Positions 16,031 through 30,241 are shown, counted from the stretch's first letter. The stretch is 64,000 nucleotides of DNA from Octopus sinensis (GCF_006345805.1 NC_043005.1:64976001-65040000), one strand, 5' to 3'. The notes: generated by a model from the sequence alone, not told the origin. Made by a program: numbers and translations.

Positions 16031-16307
16031 AAATTGATGAAGGCTAATTTAGAAAGTTTAATACTTCAAAAGAACTATAAGGGACTAATATGCAGATACT
16101 AAAATTCTCAATAAAAACATAGTGTCTTCAATACCCCCCCACACACACACACACACACACACATACATACATACACATACACATACATACATGGTGGCTG
16201 CCCCCTCGTTATCGAGTATGGCCATTGCGCGAAGCTTAATCAATGTTGTTATCGTGCAATGCCTGTACAAGAAGATTTTTTTTAAAGTGAGGAAAGGCTG
16301 TGCACTA

Positions 16308-16495
16308 GGTATTTCGTCGTCTTTACGTTCTGTCGTCTTTACGTTCTGAGTTCAAATTCTGCCGCCGTCCACTTTCCTTTTCATTCTTACGACGTCGATA
16401 AAATAAATACCAGTTGAGCAAGGGAGTTGATTTAATCGACATAAACCCCTCCCGAAACCCACTGGCCTTCTGCCAAAATTTGAAACCAATATTAA
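16308..16495 (+). mobile_element. SINE family B, headless copy
   Basis: Begins at ggtatttcgtc; the core is recognisable. Confidence 0.75.
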
Positions 16496-16925
16496 TAACG
16501 TGGCTCCTTTGCATTAGATTGGATTTTTCCATTTATGTATGAGAAACATGCAAATCATGTTCCCAGTTATGTGATTAGGACTCCAAATTATTTCACGTTT
16601 CAAACTGAAATTATATTTTTATTGATTCAATAACTGAATTCCATAGCCCCCGAGAGTTGTATGTTTTCAACTTCTTTCTGTTATTTAAGTGTAGCCGCTG
16701 TTGTGAAAAAAAAAACCGTATTGGTCGCTCAGTTTGCAGTTAAAAGAAGTGATGGGAGAATAAATGATAAAACAGACCGCTTCCTCTGATTGTTTGTATT
16801 TAGCGTTCTCAATACACAGACTTGTAAAAATAATGTTCCTCGCCTGCTTACCTATCTAAATGCTGCATATTACTTCTGCACATCGTTATAATATAAAACG
16901 TGTGACTTCGCAAGTTGGAGTTGAA

Positions 16926-16982
<57 letters not shown>

Positions 16983-17263
16983 AATATATATAGAATTAAT
17001 ATAGACAGCCGAGTGCAATGTGTTACCAAAAAGGAAAACTATAATCGTCAATAAATATTATTAGTGTGTTAGAACACCTACATTGCTACATATAAGAACT
17101 GAAAACCTCTAATGCTGTGGTTAAAGCATATAATTGTATACATATGTACTGACAGGGACTATAATGGCCCCAAAACACCAGTCTGGAATTCTCTACACTG
17201 ATCGATCAGTTTCGGTTAATTCCGTAGCCTTACCAGTAGGGACCGCTCACTTAGCTGATTCAC

Positions 17264-17309
<46 letters not shown>

Positions 17310-18289
17310 GAGAGAAAGTTTTTGAAGTTATGTACTGATAGAGTATATTTAGAATAATAAAGTAGTCAGAATGTTGGATGATTAGAGATATTTTTTTATT
17401 TATTTACATTTTATTTACATTTCTAGCCCTTCTGTTATCGGATTTATCAAAAAACTGGTTTAAAGTAAAGATTTCTTGGCCTGTTTATATACAAAGAATT
17501 TTGTGGGGTTTACCAAGCAAGGGAGTAGAAACAAGAAAAAAATATTTTTTACCAATACAAAAGCCACGCATCTTTGTCTTCCACTCCTCAGAAAAAAAAC
17601 TTCTTTCTTCTCCCTTGCTTGGCAAACCCCACAAAATTCTTTATTTATAAAAAGGCCAAGAAATCTAACTTTAAACCAATTTTTTGATAAATCCGATAAC
17701 GAATGAAAGCACTGGAAATGTAAATAATATGTAAATAAATAAAAAGTATCTATAATCATCCAACCTTCTGGCTACCTTATTATTCTATATATATATATAC
17801 CAGAATAGACACATAATCGTGAAACAAGGTGTGGGAAAAGAGTACTCGAATACCGAAGATAGAGTAATTTATTATTAACGCTTCAAAACATCACAGAAAT
17901 ATCACAACATACTGCTGCTAAGAGCTTCACGTTCCTATTCATCGGACAGTTGTGACTAAGAATGAAACAAGAATTAAGGTTATACTATATGTGTGTATAT
18001 GTATGTATATGTATGTATGTATATATATTGTACATCTACACGTATACACTCACGCACACTCATAAATACCCACACATACGCGGATTATGATGATAATTTG
18101 TAGTTGTTCTTGCTTTGCCCAAAATCTGGTCTTGATCGGACAGATCAATCATGAAAGACATTCCAGCCGTGACGACCTCGTCTTTTTCAAGTATTGTATA
18201 CCCTGTAATATATTATTAATATATTGTTTTTAAGTCGATGCTATTTGATATGAAGTTTATCAGTAGATCGAACGTTCACAAAGTCGATG

Positions 18290-18670
18290 TAGATATTGAT
18301 GGGGGTGATAACGTCGATGAAATAGTGACGATAAATGTGATGATAATAATGTGATGATGACGATGACGATGACGACCACGATACAGTTCATGATAGTGAT
18401 GTTGATGTAATAATGGTAGTGGCAGTCATTTTGATGATGATGATGATGATGATGATATAGGGCAAGTTGTTAGGGTTGATGCAGTTGAGAAATATGATAA
18501 TATTAAAGATGATAATATTGATAATGACGTTTATTTTTGGCAACGTTATAGAGATGATTGGGGATAAAAATTGGTAACGAGAATGTTGCCAGTAGTGACA
18601 ATAGGGAAGATGTGGAGAAAAAGAAGAAGGAGAAGGAGAAGAAGAATGTGGAGGAGGAAGTTAAACACTT
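18290..18670. repeat. Degenerate (GAT)n / GA-rich low-complexity tract
   Basis: Directly visible. Confidence 0.75.
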
Positions 18671-19929
18671 TAATTGATGTTTTTAATTCATCGTAGTCAT
18701 ATGTGATTGCCATTTTAAGAACTAGTAAAAACTACCGAGTTTAAAAGTACTGAACCAATTTATGAAAATCATCTAATTAATTGAATGTTAATTTAAATAT
18801 ACATACATGCCATAAAATAATTAACATCTCCGTTAAGTAAATTACAGCTATTCCTATATCATAAAGGAATGCTATTTTTGGATTTACTGGGAAGGTAATT
18901 ACTTCTTCTAATACATCTCTGTTATTGAGTTCTTTCTGAAAGTTTGTAGATAGTAATATCCGTTGATGTATTAATCTTAAATTTGTGATTACTTATACTT
19001 TTCAACATCCATCTACATTCAATCAATCATGAATATTTGGCACTATAATATATTTAGTTTTCTTTTTCTTTATTTCTTTCTTTGCTTCCTGTTCAGGCCG
19101 TAGAATTACAATGTGGCATTGCAGTGCTAATTTGCTATTAGCTATTTCCCAGACGAAACTGCCCATGTTCAAATTATATATCTCAGAATCTGTCTTTGTT
19201 GAGATTGTAAGAAAGGAAAGAAAAGACAGTAAATAGATGGATAACTGGTTAGTTAAGTTCTTAGATAGATACAAAGGCGTACAAACACGAAGAAAAATAA
19301 CCACATATATACACACACACGCGCGCGCATATACACACATATACACACATTTAAAGAGACAGAAAAAAGAGAGATAAAAGAGAAAGAGATAGACAGATAC
19401 ATAAAAGTGGATACAAGAAAAGTAAGTAAACATCCTAGAATAAAACAGAATGAAGAGATATGGAAAGAAAAGCTGAGAAAGAAAGGAAAATGAAACAGAG
19501 CTAAAGCAAAAAGGAGACATCAAATATAAAAGAAAGAATTAGATCTAACAATGTCTAGAATAAAAGGTTTAGATTTAACATAGTGAGATGAAGTCGTATT
19601 TTATTTGATTGATGATTTAAAGATATTGATACATCGATCGCGGATCATCTCTCAACCTTCGTGATATCTATTTTGCGCTGCATTATGATGGATTTTTAGT
19701 TTGCTCTTAATCTCGGATATTTAGTTCCGGTCACACAAGTATTGGTCAACATTTTAGAACGAGAACAAGGCGATAAACACGTTTGTCTCGAACAACTTGA
19801 TAGCAGATGTCGATGTGTTTGAACTGTGCATAATCGCTAATATACACGAAGAATAAAGTTTACTGGCTACAAATATTCTTTGCACACTGTATGACAAAAT
19901 ACGATGTAAATAGCACGCACCATACCCAC

Positions 19930-19934
19930 CCTAT

Positions 19935-19976
<42 letters not shown>

Positions 19977-19984
19977 ATATATAT

Positions 19985-20017
<33 letters not shown>

Positions 20018-20097
20018 TATGTTATTATAATATATATATATATATATGTTATATATATATATATATAGATATATATATATATATATATATATTACAC

Positions 20098-20129
<32 letters not shown>

Positions 20130-20193
20130 ATATACTATAATATGTATGTATGTTATATATATATGTATATATACATATATCTATATATATGTA

Positions 20194-20252
<59 letters not shown>

Positions 20253-20300
20253 GTAGATAGATAAATAGATATATAGATAGTTGTGTGTGTACGTATATAT

Positions 20301-20345
<45 letters not shown>
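19930..20345. repeat. Compound (TA)n microsatellite
   Basis: Directly visible. Confidence 0.95.
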
Positions 20346-20347
<2 letters not shown>

Positions 20348-20994
20348 TGTGTTTATGTAGGTATAGAATACTGGTTTTCAAAAGTAATATTCGCCAAATA
20401 AACAGTAATAGAAATAAAGAATGAAATAAAGCATACATAATGAAAGCAAGATGAGAATGAATGAGCAATTTGTGAGTTATATCTTCAACTATTTTTAGAA
20501 AAATGTCGTCTAATACACACTGATTTCAAATTTCCTCCATACCAAATCTGCTTTTTGTAAGGATATCTGTCACTTTGCCATCTATTATAAATCAAAAGAC
20601 ATTGCGTTTCATTCTATTTTGTTTTCTATTTTTCTTTGCAAAGCAAGCAATTTTTGTTCTTGATTATTCTTCATATATTCTATATCCATATCGATCCGCC
20701 TATCTGTCTATCCGTCAATCCAATCTACTAATATTTATAAGCAGCAACTCTGCGCACACTTAGAGTAAATTCTATCACTGATGAAATACCAATACAGATT
20801 TGAGACTAATGCGGCTGATCCTTCTTTTTCTCTTTGACCAAAATCTTCAGCAAAGAATGAATTACATAGCACTTCTAAAGTACCAGTGATTTATTCATTC
20901 ACATACTTACACACACACACACATAAATTCTTAAATGTGAACTGCGCAGAAATAAACTAGAGAGCACTCAATATGGAATGTGCATATATATATA

Positions 20995-21196
20995 GGCGCA
21001 GGAGTAGCTGTGTGGTAAGTAGCTTGTTTACCAGCCCCATGGTTCCGGGTTCCTCCCACTGCGTGGCAACCATGGGCAAGTGTCTTCTACTATAGCCTCG
21101 GGCCGACCAAAGCCTTGTGAGTGGATTTGATAGACGGAAACTGAAAGAAGCCTGTCGTATATATGTATATATAATATATATAATATTATATATATA

Positions 21197-21241
<45 letters not shown>

Positions 21242-21395
21242 TTGTGTGTCTGTGTATGTCCCCGTTACTTAGCGGTTCGGCAAAAAGAGACCGATAGAAT
21301 AAGTCCCGGGGTCCAGTTGCTCGATTAAAGGCGGTGCTCCAGCATGGCCGCAGTCAAATGACTGAAACAAGTAAAAGAGTAAAAGAGTAAAGAGT
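20995..21395 (+). mobile_element. SINE family A, near full length
   Basis: Head ggcgcaggagtagctgtgtggtaag; tail gtaaaagagtaaaagagtaaagag. Confidence 0.92.
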
Positions 21396-21406
21396 ATATA
21401 TATATA

Positions 21407-21900
21407 TCTTTATATATATAAAACTGAGAATGTGTGTGGTCTGTCTGTCTGTGTGTTTCCCTAAACCTTGAGAACTACACAAACAATTTCATTCAAATTT
21501 TACACATGCCTTACTTAGGGTCCGGGGAGTGTCATCGGCAAAAAAAAGTTTGAATTTTTTGCCTAGGGCGAGCCTGCAATATCATATCTTCTCCGCTACG
21601 ATTCCCTAAAACTTGAGAACTACACAACCAATTCCATTCAAATTTTATACATGCCTTACGGTCCATGTAGTTTCATGGGCAAAAAAAATGTTCAACTTCT
21701 TACCTAGAGCGAGCCCATAGCAATATCATATCTTCTCCACTATTTCAGTATTACGTGTTAAAAGTGAAACAAAAACGTTTCTCTATTTTATGTCAGATAC
21801 TTTCACATTAACAATAAAAATAATAATAACAATTGAATTATATGTAGTAAGTAATAATTAAAATCAAACTAAAGTAACATGACGAAAGTAAAAATAGCAA
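21407..21900 (+). mobile_element. Non-autonomous Helitron 5' portion with an internal ~145-bp tandem duplication
   Basis: A|TC start tctttatatatataaaactgagaatgtgtgtggtctgtctg; the unit ccctaaa..ttgagaactacac is repeated (~21457-21740). The right boundary is uncertain. Confidence 0.65.
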
Positions 21901-22039
21901 TTGGTATAAAATTGCATCAATGATTTAAACTTGAATAAGTGGTTTCACATGAATGGGAATAATTTTTTTAAAAAATTAGCGTGTAGAAATTGAATAGTCC
22001 AGATGGATAATAAAAAATTAAATTAAAGAAAAGACTATT

Positions 22040-22400
22040 GTCTATAAAGTATACAATGTAGAGAAAAAAGAAGATTTGAACACATGGAGGAAAGCACCTT
22101 CGAAAAGTGTCTTGGTGCGACTATGAAAGGTATCTAATCAGAGGCGGTAAATTCGCCACAATAGAAGCAAGGTTCGAGTCAACGGAGCGTGCAAGGGAGT
22201 ACTCGACTCGAACTTGCAAAGTGGAAATATTTTATTTTTACCTTTATATCTGGGACGTAGGACGTGCCGGAAAAAAATTTTAAGTACCCCCCACCCCGAA
22301 GTAGAGGTAGGCTGGATTGTAGCCACACTTCTATACAAGAGGGAGGACAAGATACAATTGATCGAAATTACAAGAGACGGGCTAACAATTCCAGTCTGTT
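22040..22400 (+). pseudogene. Possible Tx1/L1 ORF1-like fragment
   Basis: Frameshifted reading GKFATIEARFESTERAREYS / LFLPLYLGRRT...PEVEVGWIVATLL. The assignment is from recollection of mollusc LINE ORF1 proteins only. Confidence 0.3.
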
Positions 22401-22519
22401 ATATATTTTGAGTATTGTTATCACTAGCGATATCAAGATATAACTTTGTATTTTGTACTTTATGTGTAGATGTATATATATAGATGTACATGTAATATGT
22501 ACACATATATATACACATA

Positions 22520-23682
22520 CTAGCAGCATAGCCCGGCGTTGCCCGGGTATGTAAGAGCCCCTAGTAGGCAACGACTAATCCCAATCTAGTCCTTTCCCTC
22601 TAGGGAACGAAGGCGCATGTGTAGGTAGCAATGTCTTCTCTTCACTCCCAAATAACTATCAAACAACTATCGATAATTCAACCCAACCAATTCCTACCAG
22701 GAAGAATTACATTCGAGACTTTACCCCCAACTTCTGCTAATAGAACTTCTGCTAATAGCTGCTGCAGCCGCAAGTTATTCGAATACTTTTTTTGTTTAAA
22801 CTTTCTTTATAACTACCACTCCAAACGTTTTACCTTAAATTTTTGACGTACCCTAAGGGTCCTCGGACGCTACTTGCAAACTCTTGGTTTATTATAAACC
22901 GCTTTTGTCGTGTGCACCAAAAAACCTTTTCCATTCGTTTGTTCAGTTTGGTCACTTTTGACTTTTTCGTTATTGTCACTCACATTGCTGCCCGCGTTTT
23001 TGCCGTTTTTGTACATTTTTATACATTTTGGGATTTTTACCCCACGTGTTCCGAGATTTAAAAAGGTCGAGTTGCGTCCCCTAGACAGTCTGTGGTTTGT
23101 GTTTAATACACAAATCGGTTTGCTATGTGTGCTACTTAACCGATTTTTTCCAGTAATAAAGTATCCTATTAGAATAAAAAGGACCATATAGCTCCTTGGA
23201 GCAGACATGATGCTCGCTGTGAATTTTAAAAAAAATTCCTGTCAATTTGTGAAAGATATTGTCGAAAATATGTCATCTTGAATTTGAATGCGATTTCCCA
23301 AAATGGCATGATTTTATCGATTTTTCTGATGATAAGGTATTGCATGGAAAACTAACGTCAGAATTAAGTTTCTTGGGGTAACATTAAGCTTCAGCATGAG
23401 TTTGGTGAAAATCGATTGCAAGTTGCGAAAACTACAACAGAAAATGTGTTGCATATAAAAAGCTTAGATTCTCGACCCCATGTCGAATTTATCTATTTTT
23501 TTCAGAACTGGGGAACTTTTCAAAATTTTCGCTGCGTTAGTTTTGAATTATGACATTGGGCTATGTGTGTGTCAAGTTTCATCAGAATCGGTTGAAAGCC
23601 GTGGTCAGGGTGAGGGTACAACCTGACAGACACCCAGACCCAGACACACAGACAGACAAGCTGCCGTTTATATAGAGAGAGA
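22520..23682 (-). mobile_element. Non-autonomous Helitron, both termini present
   Basis: Reverse complement starts A|TCTCTCTCTATATAAACGGCAG and ends with hairpin cccgggcaacgccggg followed by CTAG|T. Confidence 0.85.
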
Positions 23683-23691
23683 TATACATGC

Positions 23692-23732
23692 ACTAGCACT
23701 ATGACCCGGCAACGACGGGTCTTTACTGCTAG

Positions 23733-23733
<1 letters not shown>
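23692..23733. mobile_element. Helitron 3'-terminator-like palindrome with CTAG at both ends
   Basis: Sequence actagcactatgacccggcaacgacgggtctttactgctagt. Confidence 0.65.
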
Positions 23734-23776
<43 letters not shown>

Positions 23777-24370
23777 GGGTGTGCCGTGTGTGTATTATAC
23801 TTTATTACTTTATTCTAAGTTGATACTACGCAAATAGTTTATAACGACTTTCGCAATTCCTCTTTTCGGACGATTACGAAAACGTAACACAAACATAACA
23901 ATGTTACATAAAAGACGTACAAGGAAGAGTTTGAATATATGAACATGCGTTGATTAGATAAGACTGAAACAAAACTGATCTCACTCAATGACAATATAAC
24001 GGTTCTATATGGATTGAGGAAGGGAATTAGAGAAGAGTAAAAAGAAAATGACTGTGTATTGACAGTGAATATTTTTATGTAACTATCCTTAGTTTATGAG
24101 TGCTCCTATAATTTAGGTAAGTAAGCGTTTTAACCTTGAAATGCTTCATTTCTACTGAACATACTCGTTAAAGTGTGTTCTATAATTGTGTTATATTTTT
24201 CTGTTCTTTGTTCATTGTTGTATCAGTATGTAAATTAAGTAACTACAGTGATAGTCAGATTTATGACTACCCTCTATAGAAAGGAAAAATATCTTAGGTT
24301 AATGTTTGGCATAGAAAACCGGTTCATACATTGATATACACATATATACGTACATACATATATACATACA

Positions 24371-24942
24371 TATTGGGTTGTCCGGAAAGTTCGTGCCGAT
24401 TTATAGTAGCTTACTTTTCGACTTATTTTAAAACATGGTTGAGTCCATAAAATAGGATTTGACTACATCTCCATTTAGAGCACAGTTTAAGCTATCTTTT
24501 CGTGGAAGAAGGTTTATGTTCCTATAACCTGTGTTAATTCTGTAACCCTTTAAAAGGGAAGATAAGAAAGTTCATTTTCGGCACTTGATCCTTTGGGAAC
24601 TAGACAAAAATTGCTGCAGCTCGGCTGGGATGTGTTACCCCCCACCCTCCATATTCACCAGATATTGCTCCTTCAGATTTCCACTTATTCAGGTCTCTGC
24701 AGAATAGTCTTATGGGTAAAAATTTCAATTCCTTGGACGACGTAAAAAGATTTCTTGATGAATTCTTCGCCATGAAACCACTCGAATTCTGGAAGAGGGT
24801 ATTTTCAAGTTAAAGGAAAGATGGAGACACATTCTGCACCAAAATGGTTCATATTTGGTTGATTAAAAATGTAATGGCAAATATTTATTGACCTTTTTCT
24901 TTCCTTTAAAAATCGGCACGAACTTTCCGGACAACCCAATTA
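24371..24942 (+). mobile_element. Internally deleted mariner (MITE-like), copy 1
   Basis: ~30-bp TIRs ttgggttgtccggaaagttcgtgccgattt, flanked by TA; C-terminal remnant HPPYSPDIAPSDFHLF. Confidence 0.92.
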
Positions 24943-24964
24943 TATATATATATATATATATATA

Positions 24965-25008
<44 letters not shown>

Positions 25009-25078
25009 CACTCACATGTGTGTATGTGTGTGTATGTCGTGTGTATGTGTTTGTGTGTGCGCGCGTGCGAGTGTATAC

Positions 25079-25456
25079 GGGCAGGTGTGGCCGTGTAGTA
25101 AGACGTTTGCCTCCCAACCACATGGTTCAGAGTTCAGTCCTACTGCACGTCACCTTGGACCGATTAAAGTCTTGTGAGTGGATTTGGTAGATAGAAACTG
25201 AAAGAAGCCTGTCTTGTACATACGTGTACGTGTGCGTGTGTGCGCGTGCGTGGGTGTGTGTATGTGCGTATTTGTGTCTGTCCCCCACTACCGCTTGACA
25301 GCCGATATTAGGTTGGTGTGGTTACGTTACCGTAACTTAGCAGCTCGACAAAGGGGACCGTTAGAATAATACCAGGCTTAAAAATAAGTATATTCGACTA
25401 AAGATTTTCAAGGCGGTGACCCATCATTGCTGCGATCTAATGACTGAAAGATAAAA
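25079..25456 (+). mobile_element. SINE family A, diverged
   Basis: Head, core and 3' end (aaggcggtg...atgactgaaag) are recognisable. Confidence 0.75.
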
Positions 25457-26544
25457 TCTATATTATACTAAAACTCAAAGTTTGTCTGTTTTCCTTCAAT
25501 TAGATTAAGATGATAAAGATTACAAATAAAATATTCATTTCACCCTTTAAGAAAAGAAAAAAAAGCAATTAGAAAATGTCAACACTTGAAAGAGTCGTCG
25601 TCTGTCCGCTCATTTTTCTTTCTTTTTTCTCCCCTTAATCATTTATATAACTTTCGGAGTGCCGTAGACTTGAAAGACAGAAAGTTCTCACAATATTTTT
25701 ATGAGATTTTTTGAACCACTTGTACTTGATTTATTTTCTTAAAGATGAAAATTACTATTTTATTTAAAACAATATTATAATCTTTATCATTTTTAATCAA
25801 AAGGCAGGAAAACAGACAGAGAGGCTATCTCTTTATAGACGAAGATCAGTTGCGATAGGAGAAACTGAATCTCATAATGATGGAAAAGAAAAACCACAAA
25901 TGGGATGTACCTCATAATGAAAGTCATTCAAATGTTACCGCAACGCTGAAATTGTTGCCTCAGTGAGGTCAATTAAATAAGTTATCATTGAAAGGAAATG
26001 ACCAGGCTGCTGTTCAAATAAAAAATGATAACGAAATTAGTCAATATCTAATGGGTAGGTATATTGGACCATCCGAAGCAGTTACATTCATTTTAGGATT
26101 TTCAATTCATGACAGGGCGCCTGCAATAGTTAGACTGCAAGTTCATCAACGAAATGAACGGAGAATATTGCTCAGAAATAATGAGGATACATATAGCTGT
26201 CAATGAACGACATATGAAAACAACATTGACAGAATTGCTGATAGAATGATGACATTGCAAAAGACATTACTTTATGCTGAAGTAGCCATGCTTTTCACTT
26301 GGAGCAGTAGTAACAAAGAATGGTAATGAAAAAAGCGACCGAAAAAGTTAAAGGCCATTTGAACGCTTTCAAAAGAAGAAACATTTGGTTGTGTTTATGT
26401 TGTCACAGCAAAGGCAGTAGAACTGTATTATTTGAGAATTTTATTACACGAAGTTCGAAATAGTATATTTTTCCTTTCCCGGTGCGCATCGACATTTTCA
26501 ATTTGGAACGTTTGCGAGCCAACGGGTCACGGCGGGTACATCTA

Positions 26545-26545
<1 letters not shown>
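25457..26545 (+). mobile_element. Internally deleted Helitron with RepHel remnant
   Basis: A|TC start tctatattatactaaaactcaaagtttgtctg; remnant NAEIVASVRSIK..KGNDQA...EISQYLMGRYIGPSEA...ELYYLRILL; 3' GC-rich segment followed by CTAG|T at 26542-26545. Confidence 0.85.
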
Positions 26546-26623
<78 letters not shown>

Positions 26624-28705
26624 ATATATATGTATTATATATGTATATATATGTATATATATATATATTATATATATAACATATATATTGTGTGGTGTGT
26701 GTGTGTGGTGTGTGGTGTGTGTGTATTTTTCCCTTGTTTACAATTACCACGGAAAAATAGATAAATAGATAAATTTTAGAGTGCAGTAACGTATTGATAC
26801 AAGCGTGGATCAAAATTAGATACTGGATACCATTATCAATGCCATACATAAATTTCCCATTTACCATCAGACTTATGCGTTGTTAAGTAAAAAAAATGTT
26901 ATTACTCGACATGTCTACGAAGCAGGAATTTAAAAATATTTTGTTCCATTCCCTTCCGTTGTGAATTCAGACGCCACTGGCTTTGGATTTCACCACTTCT
27001 GACACAGTAAATTGACATGTATTACTACAAAAACGAAATATTGAATTCGAACAAATTCGAACTGATGTCAATTTTGTCGCATTTTAGATACATAATATAT
27101 CTATATAATTTTATTTTGGAAAGAAACCACTCTTAAGTATTTTCAGAAAGTATACATCGTCCAAAATCATTCCTCAAATCGATGTTTTGTTATTAGAAGC
27201 AAAGATAATCTCTCTTGTTTCGTTTTTCTTCAATTTTGATATAACATAATAATCTTTCATTGAAACTCATTTATGTTTTATAGGGAGAATGGAAATAATT
27301 TCGTTCCGCGTATTATTTATGTTGTGGAATTACATCAGTAACAGTATTGTATTATTCATTTTTTCCCAAGAGCTTTCCAAGCAAATATTGCTATCTCCAG
27401 GCGATCTACTCTGTCAAATGATCTTTGTAGTCATTACAGAAACGCATTTGAACTGAAACCTTCGATTAGTTGTCCAAAATGAATGACAGAAGAAACAGAA
27501 TCTTACTACTGCGCAAATGTAGAAGCTGTGCATTCAAGATAACTATCGAAAGGAAACTGGATACGAAATAGGAAGAAGCAAATTGCATTTTATTTAGCCG
27601 CGTGTAAGCAATTTTCTGCAAAACCATGACAAGAAAATTTATAATAAATGCAGCATCAAGTATAGAATGTAGCAGAGGTAAGCGGACACTTCAACTCTCT
27701 GTTTATATAAATGTGAATGTAAGCGCATGTGTATATGTTGATATGAAGAATTAAATGTTGAGGAGCACTTATATATTTTCAGGACTTTTATGTAAGTGCA
27801 TTCACACAACCATATGTACATGTACATATATAATATATATATGTATAATCATACGACTTTCAGAGTGTGTGTGTTATATATTATATATATATATATAATA
27901 TAGTGTATATATATATATATATACACACACATCTATATATATGTATGTATGTATATATATATATATAATATATATTATATATTATACATACTATATATAT
28001 ATATAATATATTATATATATATATATATTATATAAATATATATATACATATGAGAGCATACACAGACACACAAAACATATACATATATATACATGTGTGT
28101 GTTTGTGAATTTATACGCATACGTAAACAATACATCTATGTAAATGTGCGAGCGCGTGTCTGGTTAATTGCTCAATTAGAAAACCTTCTGACCAATTATT
28201 ACGCAGTAGCTCTAATGACTACAAACGATTTGCTGTGTTAATAACGCTTAAAGAGAGGGTAATGTACTGAGGTTCCTGAGTTAAGTGCTGAGGACTATTA
28301 GACTGAGATTATTTATCTTCTCGATAATTTACGCACTCATGATTGCAAGAAAAAATTACATTGGTTTGCCGCCGATAATTCCAAGATATTGCTTTTGTCA
28401 GTAATCCTAACTCGTGAGCGAAGCTCTGTACAGCATCGTACTGGTGTATGAAAGCAGTTAAAGTAAGAAATGTGCTTCGGCAACGGTTGGTGGAACATTG
28501 AAGATTGACGTTCACAGTTCTGCTTGTAAGGGTATCGTCAGAATTGGATTGAAAGAAGATATTATTCATGTTTCTTTATGGTAGGAGTGAGACGGGATTA
28601 GATAAAAATGATGTTTGTGAATTAAACAATTACTAAGTTCTACAACAGTGCACTTTTTATCCCCCCACCTTTTTTTGCTTGTCCTTGATAATTATGACCG
28701 ATTAA

Positions 28706-28936
28706 GGCGGTAAGCTGGCAGAAACGTTAGCACGGCGAGCGAAATGCTTAGCGGTATTTCGTCTGCCGTTACGTTCTGAGTTCAAATTCCGCTGAGGTCG
28801 ACTTTGCCTTTCATCTTTTCGGGATCGATAAATTAAGTACCAGTTACAAACTGGGGTCGATATAATCAACTTAATCCTTCTGTCTGTCCTTGTTTGTCTC
28901 CTCTGTGTTTAGCCCCTTGTGAGTAGTAAAGAAATA
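28706..28936 (+). mobile_element. SINE family B monomer, full length, with 19-bp TSD
   Basis: TSD gataattatgaccgattaa at 28687-28705 and 28937-28955; A-box-like tggcagaaacgtt, B-box-like gagttcaaatt. The core resembles, from memory, the Meta domain (gactcagccttccatccttccgaggtcggtaaaatgagtacc). Confidence 0.93.
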
Positions 28937-29594
28937 GATAATTATGACCGATTAACAGTGAAGAAAAAAATCGACAATCTCAGAACTCACTTCCGCCCGT
29001 AGCACACTAACTTACTTTATGTGTTTTATATTCGTTTATTCTGTTTGTATATCTTTGATATTTCTATAATTATTCCATTATATTGTGAATGCTTATTCCT
29101 TCTACACCAGTATCTGTGTTGTTGGTATTTAGAAACCTGTTGGTAATATAGCTGTGTGTCACTTTTTCCTGCTAATTCGAGAGTTTTTTTCCTTCGGAAT
29201 TCAGTCAACTCGTATTTTCTAGAGAGTATCGTTTTTAAGCCTCATCTGCCTTAGGTATATTCGATGATTAAATGGTTATCAATAAATCTTTTAACTCCTT
29301 TCTTTCCATTTGTCTGTTGGCTGGAGAGAAAGTTATGATATGCAACACACAGTTTATACATTGGGATTATGGGAGCGTGAATTAACAGCTTGTCTTCGCA
29401 TTATTCGTGGCATACTTTTCGATATTATGTTTATTTTACTAATGCAACCGATTTGATTTAATGGGTGCCCCGCTATTAATTTGCTGGTATGTATTGATGA
29501 GATATTACAAATAAAGTTTCTTTTTTTGTACTAGCAGCAGACGATTGACTTAGGTGGAGTGAAATATTTGGTCTAAAGATGTTGAAGAAGTAAG

Positions 29595-30150
29595 AGAGAA
29601 AGAGAGAGGAAGCGAGAGAGTGTGAGAGAAAAAGAGAGTGTGAGAAAGAAAGAGAGAGTGAGAGAGAAAGTCAGACTGTGATAGAGAAAGAGAGAGAGAG
29701 TGAAAGCGACATCAGTGGTGACGGCGTTCGCTTTGTGCCTTTAAATGTTTCAGAGAGGAATGTAAAAGAGAAATAAAGAAATTGAGTGAGAAAGTGAGAG
29801 AGTGGGAGAGAATGAGAGAGAAAGTGAGAAAGTGAGAGAGAATGAAAGAGACAGTGAGTGGTGACGACGTTCGTTTTGTGTTTTTAAATGCTTCAGAGAG
29901 GACGTAAGAGAGAAAGATAGAGAGTGAGAAAAAGTCAAAGTCAAAGGGAAAGAGAGAGAGTGAGAGAGAGAAAGAAAGTTAAAGAGACAGTGAGTGATGA
30001 CGGCGTTTGTTTTGTGTTTTTAAATTGTTTATCACATCGCAAGAGAAGTAGACACATAGATACATATACACATTGTTTAATCAAAAGCAGGAGAGAAGAA
30101 GGATACAAAGGAAGAGAAAGAGAAAAAGTGAGAGAGACAGTTCATACATA
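29595..30150. repeat. GA-rich tract with three ~55-bp degenerate direct repeats
   Basis: The motif gtgagtggtgacgacgttcgttttgtgtttttaaatg recurs near 29710, 29855 and 29990. Confidence 0.75.
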
Positions 30151-30241
30151 GATCCATAAACACAGCAAATATTGGCTGTCATTTTCACTTTTCATTATCA
30201 CACGAGAATAATATTAACTCACAATCAACATCAAATAACCT

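Noticed and set aside
27420-27610. Possible Merlin/ISXO2 transposase zinc-finger remnant
   Set aside because: Too degenerate to support without an alignment.
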